64,000 nucleotides of DNA, taken from an uncultured Verrucomicrobiae bacterium (GTDB lineage Bacteria; Verrucomicrobiota; Verrucomicrobiia; Chthoniobacterales; Terrimicrobiaceae). Location: the NCBI GenBank assembly GCA_963706955.1, contig CAVPOC010000005.1, positions 32,001 through 96,000 on the forward strand, written 5' to 3'. The stretch's first letter is position 1; every line of letters begins with the position of its first letter. Positions 43,188-54,020 of this stretch are shown here, piece after piece. The notes under the pieces were generated by a model. That model saw only the letters and a program-made list of their open reading frames with translations, was not told the DNA's origin and did not search any database. Position numbers and translations under genes: made by a program.

Positions 43188-46100
43188 TTGAATCGCACGA
43201 GGTATTTTATCTGGCCACGGAAGTTGCCGCCGACATCCAGTCCACCTACCAGGACGATTTGATTCGTCAGCGGAATACCAATGGAGGCTGCTTGCTTCCC
43301 CGTCTTGGGATCCATCGTGCCAATATCCAGTCGAACACGGCTCAGCAAGGAGTCTTGTGCTGGTGCCGGTTTGTTGCGGGCAAACACGCTCCGATAAATT
43401 TTTTGAAACAAGAGAATGGCGGCCCGGCCGGCCAGGGCATTTGGATCGCGGGAGAGCTCCTGAGTGGTTGCGCCGGTGGCGATGAGCGAGACTATCTCGG
43501 CCTGCGGCAGTGGCGGATCGCTGCTGAAGATCGCTTCGGGAGCGGTCGCCGGCCCGGTGATGTAAACAGTGATATTATAGTCACGGATCGTCGAGGTTCC
43601 GCGCAAATTGAGGATCGGGACAAAAGGCTGGTCCCGCTTGAAGTAGATGAACCCGGACTCAATCTGGAGCCGACTGAAAGGCAAGGTCGCCATGAGCTGT
43701 TCGATAAAGATCGTTCCGTCCATCCATGGTCGCAGACCAGTTCCGCCGAGCTTTAAATCCATGGTGATTCGACCATTGGCAAGGTTGCTCTGGATGAGGA
43801 AGGCGTCCTGTGTCCGAATGGAGATGTCGAATCTCCAGTCGCGGAGGGGAGGTTGCGGAAAGCTAATGAAAACCGGCTCCTGCGGGGGCTGGGGGGCAGG
43901 CCGCCCCGGCAGGCCGATGGGCAGAATGTCGATGTTCCTGAAGAATGCGCTCCTGGTGACGAAAACATTTCCGGTAACGCTGGCTGCATTGAGTGGCCCT
44001 TCGACGCGAATGTCACTATTGGCGCGAACGCTAAGATCATCGTTTTGCAAGATCAGGGCGTTTTGCGTCGTTAGACGCAAAGCCAAGGTCGGATTGTCCA
44101 ACGGTTGAACGATGACGCTGCCGCTGGCGGCGAAAGATCCGCCGCCGATCCGGCCTGTGCCTCGTTTGATGGTCACCCGATCGCGCGTGAAATCCACTTG
44201 CAATGCAACATCCGCGATCGGCGGAAGACTCGGATCCGTGAACCGCAACGCAGAAAGATCTGCCGTGATCTCGCCCGACAGAGTCGGTTGCGCAATAGTT
44301 CCGCGGACGCCTATATCAATTGCAGCGGTTCCACGGCTTTGACGAATAGCCGGCACGAGCGTGCTCACAAAGGCCAGCGAGGAACGCGGCATGATTACCT
44401 GCAACTCCACGGGGGTCTGAGGATCGATCTTTGCGTTATTCCTGAAGGCGACGATATCGAACGGAAGATTGCCGGAAATCCGCAATGGCTGGATTAACCT
44501 TTGTTGAACTGACCCATTGAGAGTCAGCCGATCATTCTGAAAATCGAGATCAAGCGAGATCATCGCAGGATCGAGTTGCGAGGCATCGGGCGATTGGATG
44601 CGGCTTGCACGCACTGTCGCTTTGGCGGCCAGTTCATCGAGCGTGCCGCCGGCGTTCACGTCGAGATTGACGATTCCGGTGACCGGCGGTTTCTTTTGTC
44701 CGAGTTGGGTAAAAAGCTTTCGGAGGTCGAGCTCTCGCGTTTGCAGAGCAAGCTTCAGAGGTTCGTTATTGGGAATCAGCCGATCGGGATGTTGCACCTC
44801 GGCGAGATGAAAGGGTAGCTCAGCCGAACCCTGAACCAGAATTAGTTTCTCTTGACGGACTGAGATGTCAAAAATGCTGAGTCGATTATCCTTCCAAAAA
44901 AGTGACAGCAGTGCCTCTCCAAGTCCGCGGGCGGAGACGGTGAGACCCGGCACGTTCACGAATTGTGGGGAATACGAGCCCTTCGCATGCGCAGCGAGGT
45001 TTTGAAGATCGCCGAATTCTCCGCCTCTTAAATCAATGGCGACATCACCGGTATGCTGTGGAGCGCGAAGATCACCAGTGCCCTTCCACGCGATACTTAA
45101 CGCACCGCCGAGGGCAGGCGCCATAGCTTCCTGTTCCAGCAGAGGTTGAAAGATCGAAAGATCCGCGAACTGAACGTCTAGCGATCCGCTGTAGTCAAAA
45201 GGATCCGTCAGGCGCATGGCTCCCTCGCCCCGAATCACATTCTTCTCGTTAAAGACAACCTGAAGTTGTGATAAACGCGCCTGATTCTCAGCCGCATCCA
45301 GGCGCGCGTCGATGCTGCGCACCGTCATTCCCATGGTTTCGATCCCCCGACCCTCGATGAAAAAGTTTCCGTCGTATGCCCCGTCCTTGGCGCTGCCTTT
45401 TCCCGCAATCTTCAGCGTGCCCTTGAGAGTCGCTCCGGTCTCCGGGGCGACAAACGCGCTCAAATCGGGAGCGTCGACACTTAGATTGAATTCCAAGGGT
45501 TGGCGCTCCCAAGATTTCAAGTCTGGCGGAAGGATATAATCCGCCTGCAGGCTCGCGTGGTTCGCACCTTTGGCGAGCGTCAGCCCCTCGAGCTGAACTT
45601 TTGCATCATTGCTCGACAACGCGAGGTTCACCGACTCGACAACATAGTCTTGCAAGCGAACAGCCTTGATGGATCCCTCGACCCGGCTGATGAGATCCTT
45701 AAACAGAGGTTCGTCCGCCTGCGCTTGAAAGTCCTTCGCCAGGTCGAGACGAAGATGTGTCTCCGTGAGCTCGGTTCCCGAAAAGGCCAGACTGGAGGAA
45801 TCGAGCACGCTTTGGGTAGAAAGCTTTCTATTCTCGAAGCGAAATTCCGTGTTCAGCGATAGATCACCGATTGCCGGCAGGTTGAGCGCGGCAAGGTCCG
45901 GAGCGAAAACTTGCAGATGACCACTCGCAGAAACCTTGTCGAGATCGTTAAAAGTCTCCGGCAAGGTGGAGTTTGCCTCGATGTCGATTCGATTCTCGTC
46001 ATCCAAGCGTGAGGCGAGCGTTGCCTTGAGCCGCTGGTCGGCCATATCGAGCTGCAGAGTTGTGTCGCCAAGCACCCGGCGGTCGTAAGTCGCGCCCGAG

Positions 46101-48049
46101 AGACGCACATCGGCTTGCCCGACCCAACTGGAAGGCTTAGAGGGCTCGCCTTGAAACGACACCACCAACCGGTCGAGAGTTCCCGTCACAGGGACGGGCA
46201 GATTGAGATGCTCCGCGATCCTTGGGAGAGACAGCGCGGAACTCTGCGCCTTCAGGTTGAGTCGAACTTTGTCAAAATCGTTGAACGTCTCGGGTAAGGT
46301 AGAGTCTGCCTCGATGTCGATGCGATTCTCCGGATCCATCTGCGAGGCGAGCGTTGCCTTGAGCCGCTGATCCGCCATATCGAGCTTCAGAGTTGTGTCG
46401 CCAAGTATCCGGCGATCGTAGGTCGCGCCCGAGAGACGCACATCGGCGCGTCCGATCCAAGTGGAAGGCTTAGCGGGCTCGCCTTGAAACGACACCACGA
46501 ACCGGTCGAGAGTTCCAGTTACAGGGACATTCAGATTGAAATACTCCGCGATCCTTTGGAGAGATAGCGCTGAAGTCTCGGCCTTCACGTCTAGCCGAAC
46601 CTCATCAAAGCCGTTGAATGTCTCAGGTAAGGATGAGTTTACCTCGACGTCGATGCGATGCTCCGGATCCAACTGTGAGGCGAGCGTTGCCTTGACCCGC
46701 TGGTCCGCCATATTGAGCTGCAGAGTTATTTCACCAACCGGCTGGCGGTTGTAGGTTGCGCCCGAGAGAAGCACATCGGCCTGTCCAACCCAGCCGGAAG
46801 GCTTAGCGGGCTCGCCTTGAAACGACACCACCAATCGGTCGAGAGTTCCAGTCATCGGGACATTTAGATTGAGATGCTCCGCGATGCTCTGGAGAGACAG
46901 CGCTGAAGTCTCCGCCTTCAGGTTGAGCCGAACCTTGTCAAAGTCGTCGAAAGTCTCGGGTAAGGTGGAGTCTGCTTCGACGTCGATGCGATTTTCGGGA
47001 TCCAGCTGTGAGACGAGCGTTGCCTTAACCCGCTGATCCGCCATATCGAGTTGCAGTGCTATCCCGCCAAGCGCCCGGCGGTCGTAGGTCGCGCCCGAGA
47101 GAAGCACATTGGCCTGCCCGGTCCAACTGGAAGGCTTGGCCGGCTCACCTTGAAACGACACCATCAATCGGTCGAGAGTTCCAGTAATCGGGACAGTCAG
47201 ATTGAGATACTCCCAGATCCTTTGGAGAGACAGCGCTGAGCTCTCTGCCTTCAGGTTAAGTCGGTTGCTCGCATTCAGATCGGAAACCTGCGCGCTGAGA
47301 CTGACCGGCGCATCGAAAAGAGAGCCGTCCAGGCTCAATCCCAATTCGGCTTCACTGAGTTTTGAAACATTCAGGTTGAACTTTCGCAGCGAGATCTCGG
47401 GCCCGATGATCAGATCGGTAATTATCAGATTACGGTCCCGAAAGCTTGTCGCACCGGAGATTTCTGTCCAGCGGCGCACTCCGGGGATATCCAGTGTTTC
47501 TATCTTCAGGACGCCGGGACGATCCGGTAGTAGGCTTAGAAACAAGCCACTCAACTCAGTATTTCCGTTCGGACCGTGCGCGATGAAATTTATGTTCTCG
47601 AGGTTAAGGATATCGGGGAAGAGCGCTGGAAATTTGAACTGTTGTGGCTGGCGTTCCTTATCGGCAGGCAAGGGTTCAGCGGGCGTTATTTCAATATAGG
47701 CATCGCGTATGTCGACCAGCTTGAGCAACCCCGGGAAGCCTTCGCGGATTAGCCCGATGAGGCTGTACCGCAAATTAAGCGTGCCGATCTCCAGGCGTTG
47801 AATTGGGCCTTGCTCCGTCGGAGTTCCGCGCAAGTTTGAAATCGTTAACGTCGTAAAGATCGATCCACTCGCGTCGTAGGAGAGATCGAGGTGCTGCTGT
47901 TTCGCTGCACGCACGATAAAGTAGCGCGTGCCCTCAAAGAATATGGGCCGGTGGAAAAGGGCTAATAAGACGAGAAGAAGCAGCAATGCAAGGCCGATCC
48001 AGCGAAGCCATCTGCCGCGACGCTTTGGTTTATTGCTCGACGCGTTCAT
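43184..48049 (-). CDS. TamB-like translocation/assembly module protein
   Basis: 1621 aa, N-terminal TM, beta-rich repeats, DUF490-like C-terminus (SSDPPLPQAEIVSLI); ATGA-coupled to the Omp85 gene. Confidence 0.85.
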   Translation of the reverse strand: MNASSNKPKRRGRWLRWIGLALLLLLVLLALFHRPIFFEGTRYFIVRAAKQQHLDLSYDASGSIFTTLTISNLRGTPTEQGPIQRLEIGTLNLRYSLIGLIREGFPGLLKLVDIRDAYIEITPAEPLPADKERQPQQFKFPALFPDILNLENINFIAHGPNGNTELSGLFLSLLPDRPGVLKIETLDIPGVRRWTEISGATSFRDRNLIITDLIIGPEISLRKFNLNVSKLSEAELGLSLDGSLFDAPVSLSAQVSDLNASNRLNLKAESSALSLQRIWEYLNLTVPITGTLDRLMVSFQGEPAKPSSWTGQANVLLSGATYDRRALGGIALQLDMADQRVKATLVSQLDPENRIDVEADSTLPETFDDFDKVRLNLKAETSALSLQSIAEHLNLNVPMTGTLDRLVVSFQGEPAKPSGWVGQADVLLSGATYNRQPVGEITLQLNMADQRVKATLASQLDPEHRIDVEVNSSLPETFNGFDEVRLDVKAETSALSLQRIAEYFNLNVPVTGTLDRFVVSFQGEPAKPSTWIGRADVRLSGATYDRRILGDTTLKLDMADQRLKATLASQMDPENRIDIEADSTLPETFNDFDKVRLNLKAQSSALSLPRIAEHLNLPVPVTGTLDRLVVSFQGEPSKPSSWVGQADVRLSGATYDRRVLGDTTLQLDMADQRLKATLASRLDDENRIDIEANSTLPETFNDLDKVSASGHLQVFAPDLAALNLPAIGDLSLNTEFRFENRKLSTQSVLDSSSLAFSGTELTETHLRLDLAKDFQAQADEPLFKDLISRVEGSIKAVRLQDYVVESVNLALSSNDAKVQLEGLTLAKGANHASLQADYILPPDLKSWERQPLEFNLSVDAPDLSAFVAPETGATLKGTLKIAGKGSAKDGAYDGNFFIEGRGIETMGMTVRSIDARLDAAENQARLSQLQVVFNEKNVIRGEGAMRLTDPFDYSGSLDVQFADLSIFQPLLEQEAMAPALGGALSIAWKGTGDLRAPQHTGDVAIDLRGGEFGDLQNLAAHAKGSYSPQFVNVPGLTVSARGLGEALLSLFWKDNRLSIFDISVRQEKLILVQGSAELPFHLAEVQHPDRLIPNNEPLKLALQTRELDLRKLFTQLGQKKPPVTGIVNLDVNAGGTLDELAAKATVRASRIQSPDASQLDPAMISLDLDFQNDRLTLNGSVQQRLIQPLRISGNLPFDIVAFRNNAKIDPQTPVELQVIMPRSSLAFVSTLVPAIRQSRGTAAIDIGVRGTIAQPTLSGEITADLSALRFTDPSLPPIADVALQVDFTRDRVTIKRGTGRIGGGSFAASGSVIVQPLDNPTLALRLTTQNALILQNDDLSVRANSDIRVEGPLNAASVTGNVFVTRSAFFRNIDILPIGLPGRPAPQPPQEPVFISFPQPPLRDWRFDISIRTQDAFLIQSNLANGRITMDLKLGGTGLRPWMDGTIFIEQLMATLPFSRLQIESGFIYFKRDQPFVPILNLRGTSTIRDYNITVYITGPATAPEAIFSSDPPLPQAEIVSLIATGATTQELSRDPNALAGRAAILLFQKIYRSVFARNKPAPAQDSLLSRVRLDIGTMDPKTGKQAASIGIPLTNQIVLVGGLDVGGNFRGQIKYLVRFK
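45932..47263 (-). repeat. Four tandem in-frame 333-bp (111-aa) repeats inside tamB
   Basis: Anchor CCTTCA recurs at 46249, 46582, 46915 and 47248 (exact 333 spacing); protein unit RLNLKAE..GTLDR.VVSFQGEP.KPS.W..SGATY..MADQR..LPETF. Confidence 0.93.
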
Positions 48050-48457
48050 GCCGCCGCGACCAAGACGAGAAAAGCCGCGAATTTACGGGCCGGCGGGTGA
48101 TGCTGCATACGTGCCAGGAGCTAATGCCATCGGCGTAGTGCCATGCTTCTGGCGTCACGTCAAAACTTCTCGGCGATTCGGCCCCGGCTGCACGCCGCGA
48201 GACGCTCGTGCGTCCCGTCAAGATGCCGCGGTCTGTTCGCTGGTAACGGCACTCACGTGCAACCTCGAATCAGAAAGAGGATCAGCAGCACAGGGATCGG
48301 AACTCCGAGGAGCCAGAGAAGAATCCACCCGAGTTTTCCGGACTGCGCTGCACGTTGGCTGAGATACTTCATGTTCTTGAATCGCCTTCAGGGACGCTCC
48401 CGCGCGTATGGCCAGTCGCAATTGCGAGCCAGTCGGCTGGACACCCCTGGTGACCGT

Positions 48458-50236
48458 CTACTGAAAGGAGGGAGATATGATGCTCCCCTCCTGACGCTCA
48501 GCCGCCTCCCAGTAATCGTAGGCTGCTGCATACGCGGAAGAGGTAAGGAGAAGCATCTCATGGTCCCCATCGGCGTCCACGCGCCCATGCCGAAGGAAGA
48601 CGATCCGCTGCGCTCTGCGCAGCAGGGCGATTCGATGCGTCACCACGAGGGTGGTCCGGAATGCGCTCAGTTCTTCGAGAGACGCTTGGATCAGCGCCTC
48701 CGTCTCCGGTTCGACCGACGAGGTAGGCTCGTCTAGGATGAGGATCGGCGGATCATGGAGGAAGACACGGGCTATCGAGAGCCGCTGCTTTTGACCGCCC
48801 GACAGCTTTACTCCTCGCTCTCCAACGATTGTCTCATAGCCTTGCGGCAAGTTCCGGATAAAGGCATCGGCATGCGCACGCCGCGCCGCCGCCTGGACTT
48901 CTTCAAACGTCGCGTTAGGCCGAGCGTAGCAGAGATTTTCGCGAATCGTCGCGTTAAAGAGATACGTCTCTTGCAGGACCATGCCGATGGCAGCGCGAAG
49001 AGAATTAAGCGTTACCTCGCGGACGTCTTGGCCATCCACGAGAATCCTTCCAGCGATCGGATCAAAAAATCTTGCGACCAAGCTGACCAAAGTTGTCTTT
49101 CCAACTCCGCTCGTCCCGGCGATCGCGACGACTTCGCCAGGAGCAACTCTAAAGCTGACTCCATCCAGAATTAAGGGACCGGCGCCATAGCGGAAGGCAA
49201 CGTTCCTGAATTCGATTTCGCCGATGCGAACCTGCAGAGACACAGCGCCCGAGATATTCGCAACCTCCACAGGTGTATCCAACACCTCAATCACCCGGCG
49301 AGCAGCGGCCTTAGCCCGCTGAAGGATATCCGTCATTCGGGCGAGCGTACTTATCGGGCTTTGCAGCCGCCACCAATAGCCGCGATAGGCAATCAAACCT
49401 CCCACAGTAAACTCTCCCCTCCAGATAAACCAGACACCCATTCCCAGCATCACGATATTGCTCAAGAATCCGAGCATTCCTACCGCCGGGAAGAACGCGT
49501 TCCTCGCGCGCACCGCCCTCATACTCTGTTCATAGTGGCTCTGCGTCACCGCGCGGAACGCCAGCTTTTCGCGATCAATTTGCGCGAAGCTTTGCGCCAG
49601 TTGGATGCCGGCCAAGCGGTCGTGCACGAAAGTTCCGATATCTCCCAAACGAGCTCTGACCGCCTCGTAGACTCGCTTCACGCGGTCGCTAAATCGCCGC
49701 ACGACAAGGTAGGAGAGCGCCAACGGGATCATCACACAAAGACCGATTATCGGTTGCAGCCAGATGACCACCCCGGCCACGACGACAAATGTGACCAACT
49801 CGCCCAGGAGGTCGCTCAAGTTTGCCAGGACGGAGGTTTCCATCGCATCGACATCGCTGATCACCCGCGCGACCAAATCACCGGTATGCCGCTCATAGTG
49901 ATAGCTCATCGATTGCTCCTCGAGATGTGAAAAAACCGCGTTGCGCACATCGCGCACGAAGCCTTGCCCCGCCTTCTCGATGAAGTAGCTCTGCAACGCA
50001 GCGAATAATGTCGCGGCCAGTTGCGACGCCAGCATTACTCCTAAGGCAACCCACAGGCCGCCCGCGTTTCCTGCAAGCAATACGTCGTCGACCACGTATC
50101 TCCAAACCAAGGGATGAACTTGAGCCAAGGGTGCAGCAATGCAGAGAAACGCGAGCGACAGCACGAGCCAACCTCGGTAGGGAAAAAGGAAAAACCAGAT
50201 GCGTCCGATTAGTCGCTTCGTGTCCGCCGCGAACAT
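48458..50236 (-). CDS. ABC transporter, fused permease/ATP-binding protein
   Basis: TM domain plus GTSGVGKT, LSGGQKQR, ILDEPTS, VTHR. Confidence 0.93.
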   Translation of the reverse strand: MFAADTKRLIGRIWFFLFPYRGWLVLSLAFLCIAAPLAQVHPLVWRYVVDDVLLAGNAGGLWVALGVMLASQLAATLFAALQSYFIEKAGQGFVRDVRNAVFSHLEEQSMSYHYERHTGDLVARVISDVDAMETSVLANLSDLLGELVTFVVVAGVVIWLQPIIGLCVMIPLALSYLVVRRFSDRVKRVYEAVRARLGDIGTFVHDRLAGIQLAQSFAQIDREKLAFRAVTQSHYEQSMRAVRARNAFFPAVGMLGFLSNIVMLGMGVWFIWRGEFTVGGLIAYRGYWWRLQSPISTLARMTDILQRAKAAARRVIEVLDTPVEVANISGAVSLQVRIGEIEFRNVAFRYGAGPLILDGVSFRVAPGEVVAIAGTSGVGKTTLVSLVARFFDPIAGRILVDGQDVREVTLNSLRAAIGMVLQETYLFNATIRENLCYARPNATFEEVQAAARRAHADAFIRNLPQGYETIVGERGVKLSGGQKQRLSIARVFLHDPPILILDEPTSSVEPETEALIQASLEELSAFRTTLVVTHRIALLRRAQRIVFLRHGRVDADGDHEMLLLTSSAYAAAYDYWEAAERQEGSIISPSFQ

Positions 50237-50361
50237 CTGCCTCTATAGTCCAAGCCGATCGCACTGGCAAAGGCCTTCAAGAGCGGACTGAACCCTTATC
50301 GGGTCAGTGGGCGTTGCGCCGCCGCCTATTCTAAACTCGGCGCTCCGTGCAGGCGATACGC

Positions 50362-51072
50362 TCATTTGCGCTGAGGCTCGACTTTGCCGCGCTTTTCCAG
50401 CCAATAGGCCGCCAGCCAGCACAGCAGCGCCCAGGCTGTTCCGCCGGCCCAGCCGGCAATGACGTCAGTGGGATAATGCACCCCGAGATAGACGCGGCTT
50501 GCGCCTATCATCAGGCTGAGCAGCAGGGCCACGGCCACGCAGTAGACTTTTACCCGTCGCCGTTCCATAGCTCGTGCGAGGAGAACGGCCAGAGTGAGAT
50601 ATACCACCGAGGACATCATCGAGTGGCCGCTCGGATAGCTCTTGAACAGCGTATCGGCAAGGTGTGGGACCACGGTTGGCCGATCGCGGTCGAAGTAGCC
50701 TTTGAGCACGTTCGTCAATAACATTCCTCCCCCAACAGCTATCACGAGCAAAAGGGTGGAAGCGTACCATCGCTCGATTAACAGGTAACCAATTACCACC
50801 AAGGTGATCAGAGTGAGAACTACGCCCCCACCGAGAACCGTAACTTCACGACTCACACTCTCCAGCCACGCCGGACCGATCGGTCGTGCGAGGTCCTCGG
50901 GAGACCGAAGATCTTTCATCCATCGGATCTCAGTTTGATGGAGATCCCCCTCCAGAACCAAGTCAGTGACGCCGACGAATACCAAGATTCCACCGAAGAG
51001 CGCGCCCACACTCAACAGCAGCACAAACTCGCGCCACCCGGCAGAGCTCAGCAGTTCACGAAGTCTTGTCAT
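50362..51072 (-). CDS. PAP2 family phosphatase
   Basis: K..F.R.RP, SYPSGH, SRVYLGVHYPTDV. Confidence 0.92.
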   Translation of the reverse strand: MTRLRELLSSAGWREFVLLLSVGALFGGILVFVGVTDLVLEGDLHQTEIRWMKDLRSPEDLARPIGPAWLESVSREVTVLGGGVVLTLITLVVIGYLLIERWYASTLLLVIAVGGGMLLTNVLKGYFDRDRPTVVPHLADTLFKSYPSGHSMMSSVVYLTLAVLLARAMERRRVKVYCVAVALLLSLMIGASRVYLGVHYPTDVIAGWAGGTAWALLCWLAAYWLEKRGKVEPQRK

Positions 51073-51418
51073 GGGCAAAACACAAGCCGAATTTCCCGGC
51101 AGAAGCAAACTGTGGCTGGGCAAGCATTCCTGGGACAAAGACTCGCGCCTGGAAACGAAGCGCCTATTTAAATGCGCGGAGCTTGGCCGACAACGGAGGC
51201 CCAGCGATGCCGCTCGCTCGTTGCTTCCTGATACCTAATGATGACAAGCATCGAGGCTAGTCAAACGCGGCGCGATTTCTAGAATCGAATCAGTTTGAGA
51301 AATGCACAAGCCAGACAGTGTTGAAAGTCCGAGGAGCCAAAAAATCGCCGACCCACCGCCGTCCCGCCAACTTAGGCCCGGTAAACACGGCACTGGCGGC
51401 TTTGCAATCGTGGCTTCG

Positions 51419-51592
51419 ATGAAACGCTTCCGGCAACTCGATTGGGCTGACCGATTGAACCTGATCCTCGCGACAATTCTTGGCTGTGCTCTCCTCCTGG
51501 CCCTTAGTCCCCTCCTTCTCGTCTCCTGGATCTGCATGCAATTTGCCAAGCATGGCCATCCTCGCCACCTAAGAGCCGACCGTCAGGCTTAG
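51419..51592 (+). CDS. Small hypothetical membrane protein
   Basis: MKRFRQLDWADRLNLILATILGCALLLALSPLLLVSW fills the intergenic gap; one hydrophobic segment. Confidence 0.35.
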   Translation: MKRFRQLDWADRLNLILATILGCALLLALSPLLLVSWICMQFAKHGHPRHLRADRQA

Positions 51593-51596
51593 CAGG

Positions 51597-52919
51597 CTAC
51601 TCGGCGACAGAATTCTCGAACCACTCTCCGATGCCGCGAATAAAGAGACCAAGGGCCGCGGCCGGCGATTTCTTGAGCAGCTCAGCCACCCGCGGACTAA
51701 GGTCCTCCCGCGGATTGGTCATCGTCCCACCCAACTGCACTGTGGTCCAGAGATAGCCATCACGTTGCCGGGTGAAGACTCGTTCCGCTTTGGGAAGCCA
51801 CTCGAGATACCCTGGTGTGACCCCGAGCTGGAGCTCTCCGCTTAAGCTCTTCTTGTTAATTGTTGCAGTTCCCTGAAGCCGGAAGACGCCTTCCGCCTCA
51901 ATATCCATCTGCTTGACTTGCACGCGGGGATATTTCCACTCAAATCCCAACGAAAAGCGACTCAGGCTTACTGTGTCGATCGGCTTGCCGATGAGGCTGG
52001 CGACATCCTCGAGAAATCGCGCCCCGGCCACGCGGCCATCTTCGAGTCGGACTTCTCCCCAGCCGGACGAACTCTCCATCCGCATGTCTGTGCCCTTCCA
52101 AGCGACGTTCCCGGAGGCCTTTCCTCTGATCAGCCTTGCCCAGGCTTTCGGTATCCAGGGATCAACCGGTATTTCTGAGAAATTCATCTCGGCGGAAACG
52201 CTCTTGTCGTTTTTCATCCCAGCCCATCCGCTGACACGAATTCGGCCACTGCTTTTCGCGCTGGGAGCAAGCTCAAGGTCGTAAAGTGTCAGGAGTTCTT
52301 TGGTAATGAGCAGGTGTAATTGACGCAGCACAAGATCGGGAACCATACCCGTCTTCATCACGCCGCCCTCCGCACGGTATTCAAAGTCGCGGCCGTAGGG
52401 TGTGATCAACAGGTGGGTCTCAAAAAATCCTGCCTTGCGATCGCGTAATTGCCAGGTCACATCCGCGGAATCACAAACCACCCGATTCAGGTGCACGCGC
52501 TCCGGTAAGAAGATTGCATACCATGGTTTCGGCGGCTTGTTTTCGGGTTTGGGTTCGTACGTCTGGATCTCCGCTTTGCCTGAAGGGATGTGGATGTATT
52601 CGAGCTCCCACCGTCGCAAAAAGATCCCCCATGGATCAAACTTCGCATCCACCTGCCCGGTCGAGAGTGTCTTGAAAGCCTTCACCCCATTGCGTGCTTT
52701 GAAGCCGTCTGTCTCGACGGTGAGAAGACCTGTCCGCCGGATCTTCTGGTACTCGCCTTCGAAATGCAGTCCTTTCGACGTTTGCTTATCGAGTTCACTG
52801 CGAAATGCATCGCTTTCGACGTACTCGGTCAATTTGCGATTCGCGAGCGGAACGGCCAGAAGAACGACAGCGACAAGCGCAACGAAGCTAAGAAGAAGAA
52901 TGAGGCGCGCTCGCTTCAC
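51597..52919 (-). CDS. Hypothetical AsmA-like membrane-anchored protein
   Basis: 440 aa, N-terminal TM, beta-rich, ends in GGT..NPREDL. Confidence 0.6.
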   Translation of the reverse strand: MKRARLILLLSFVALVAVVLLAVPLANRKLTEYVESDAFRSELDKQTSKGLHFEGEYQKIRRTGLLTVETDGFKARNGVKAFKTLSTGQVDAKFDPWGIFLRRWELEYIHIPSGKAEIQTYEPKPENKPPKPWYAIFLPERVHLNRVVCDSADVTWQLRDRKAGFFETHLLITPYGRDFEYRAEGGVMKTGMVPDLVLRQLHLLITKELLTLYDLELAPSAKSSGRIRVSGWAGMKNDKSVSAEMNFSEIPVDPWIPKAWARLIRGKASGNVAWKGTDMRMESSSGWGEVRLEDGRVAGARFLEDVASLIGKPIDTVSLSRFSLGFEWKYPRVQVKQMDIEAEGVFRLQGTATINKKSLSGELQLGVTPGYLEWLPKAERVFTRQRDGYLWTTVQLGGTMTNPREDLSPRVAELLKKSPAAALGLFIRGIGEWFENSVAE

Positions 52920-53030
52920 GGCAAACCTACTTTCCTAGGACGTGTAGCGCTCGACGCCGCGCCCTATCTAGCCTTTCCAATCAACAGTCGGGAATTCGGA
53001 TTCAAGATACACGCGCCGGTCTCATGCCTC

Positions 53031-53177
53031 TCACGGAAGCCTCCGTCCCGAGAAGAATTGCAAAACCAAGACGACGAGCGCAACCACCAGCAAGAGGTGA
53101 ATCAGATTTCCGGCTACCTGAAAGCTAAAGCCCAGTATCCAGAGGATCAGGAGAACAACAAGAGCAGTCCAAAGCAT
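53031..53177 (-). CDS. lmo0937-family (DUF5670) small membrane protein, not in the ORF track
   Basis: MLWTALVVLLILWILGFSFQVAGNLIHLLLVVALVVLVLQFFSGRRLP*, RBS AAGGA. Confidence 0.85.
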   Translation of the reverse strand: MLWTALVVLLILWILGFSFQVAGNLIHLLLVVALVVLVLQFFSGRRLP

Positions 53178-53345
53178 AGAATTCCTTCATGGGTTCGTCG
53201 TTCAGCACGTCCGCGGATGCCTCGACATCCCACCTCACGACAGCTTTCCGGGCCGCCGAGCTCGGAGGGGGGGTTCATCGCACCGCTGGCGATGCTCAGC
53301 CGGTAACTGGAAACAGTTTCAACCTCGGCAACGCTCTCGATCTGT

Positions 53346-53675
53346 TTAAACCATCAAAACCTTGACCATCGTCGCCGCGATACCGCTGGGAATTTCGAAT
53401 CGTATGACATTGTCCTTGAGCATCTGTTGAGCTAGCAATGAGAGCCACTGCCGTGAGCAAGTGAGCTCCGTCGGAACAAAGAATGTTCGGCCGTCGCTTT
53501 CCTCGAGTATGTACTGCAAGCTCGCATCAATCGGCTCTGTTTCTCCAAGGAGGTTGGCCGTGAGTTGAATACGCTTTTCCTGGGTATCGATATGAAGAGT
53601 CGTCATTTTTCCGAAATCTTTGATCTTGTGGTTGAGGAAGGCTTTCAATAGCTGGCCGGTAATTCGGTTCCTCAT
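53346..53675 (-). CDS. Hypothetical protein
   Basis: 109-aa ATG ORF with a natural composition, no competing gene. Confidence 0.6.
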   Translation of the reverse strand: MRNRITGQLLKAFLNHKIKDFGKMTTLHIDTQEKRIQLTANLLGETEPIDASLQYILEESDGRTFFVPTELTCSRQWLSLLAQQMLKDNVIRFEIPSGIAATMVKVLMV

Positions 53676-54002
53676 AGAATTGAGTTTGTAACATCCTGGA
53701 AGGGACTTTGGGAACTGGTTGTCGAGGGGTGAGAATTTTCGACGCGAATATAACGTGCAGTTAGATTCTATAACTTATTACTGGGTAGTCCCCTGTACTC
53801 CATTTTACGTGTAACACGGTTTTGAATGCGAGCAGTCGCTTCTGAGAAAAACACGCTTTTCTCCATGAGAGATAAGGGGCAAGCATTGATGGCCGCTCCG
53901 AGATCTGCGAGCGTCACGCCAAAACTTTCTTTCCTTTTAAATCCCTCGGATGAAACAAGATGATGGTCAGTGTGAAAAAAGAGATTGCGAAACTTACGGC
54001 GA

Positions 54003-54020
54003 ATCGTGAATTTACACGAT
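54003..54020. promoter_or_regulatory. Candidate LexA operator palindrome
   Basis: ATCGTG-AATTTA-CACGAT directly abuts the lexA ATG. Confidence 0.4.

Noticed and set aside
45932..47263. CRISPR array or other non-coding repeat
   Set aside because: These are in-frame 333-bp coding repeats without spacers. I saw no CRISPR array or cas gene in the window.
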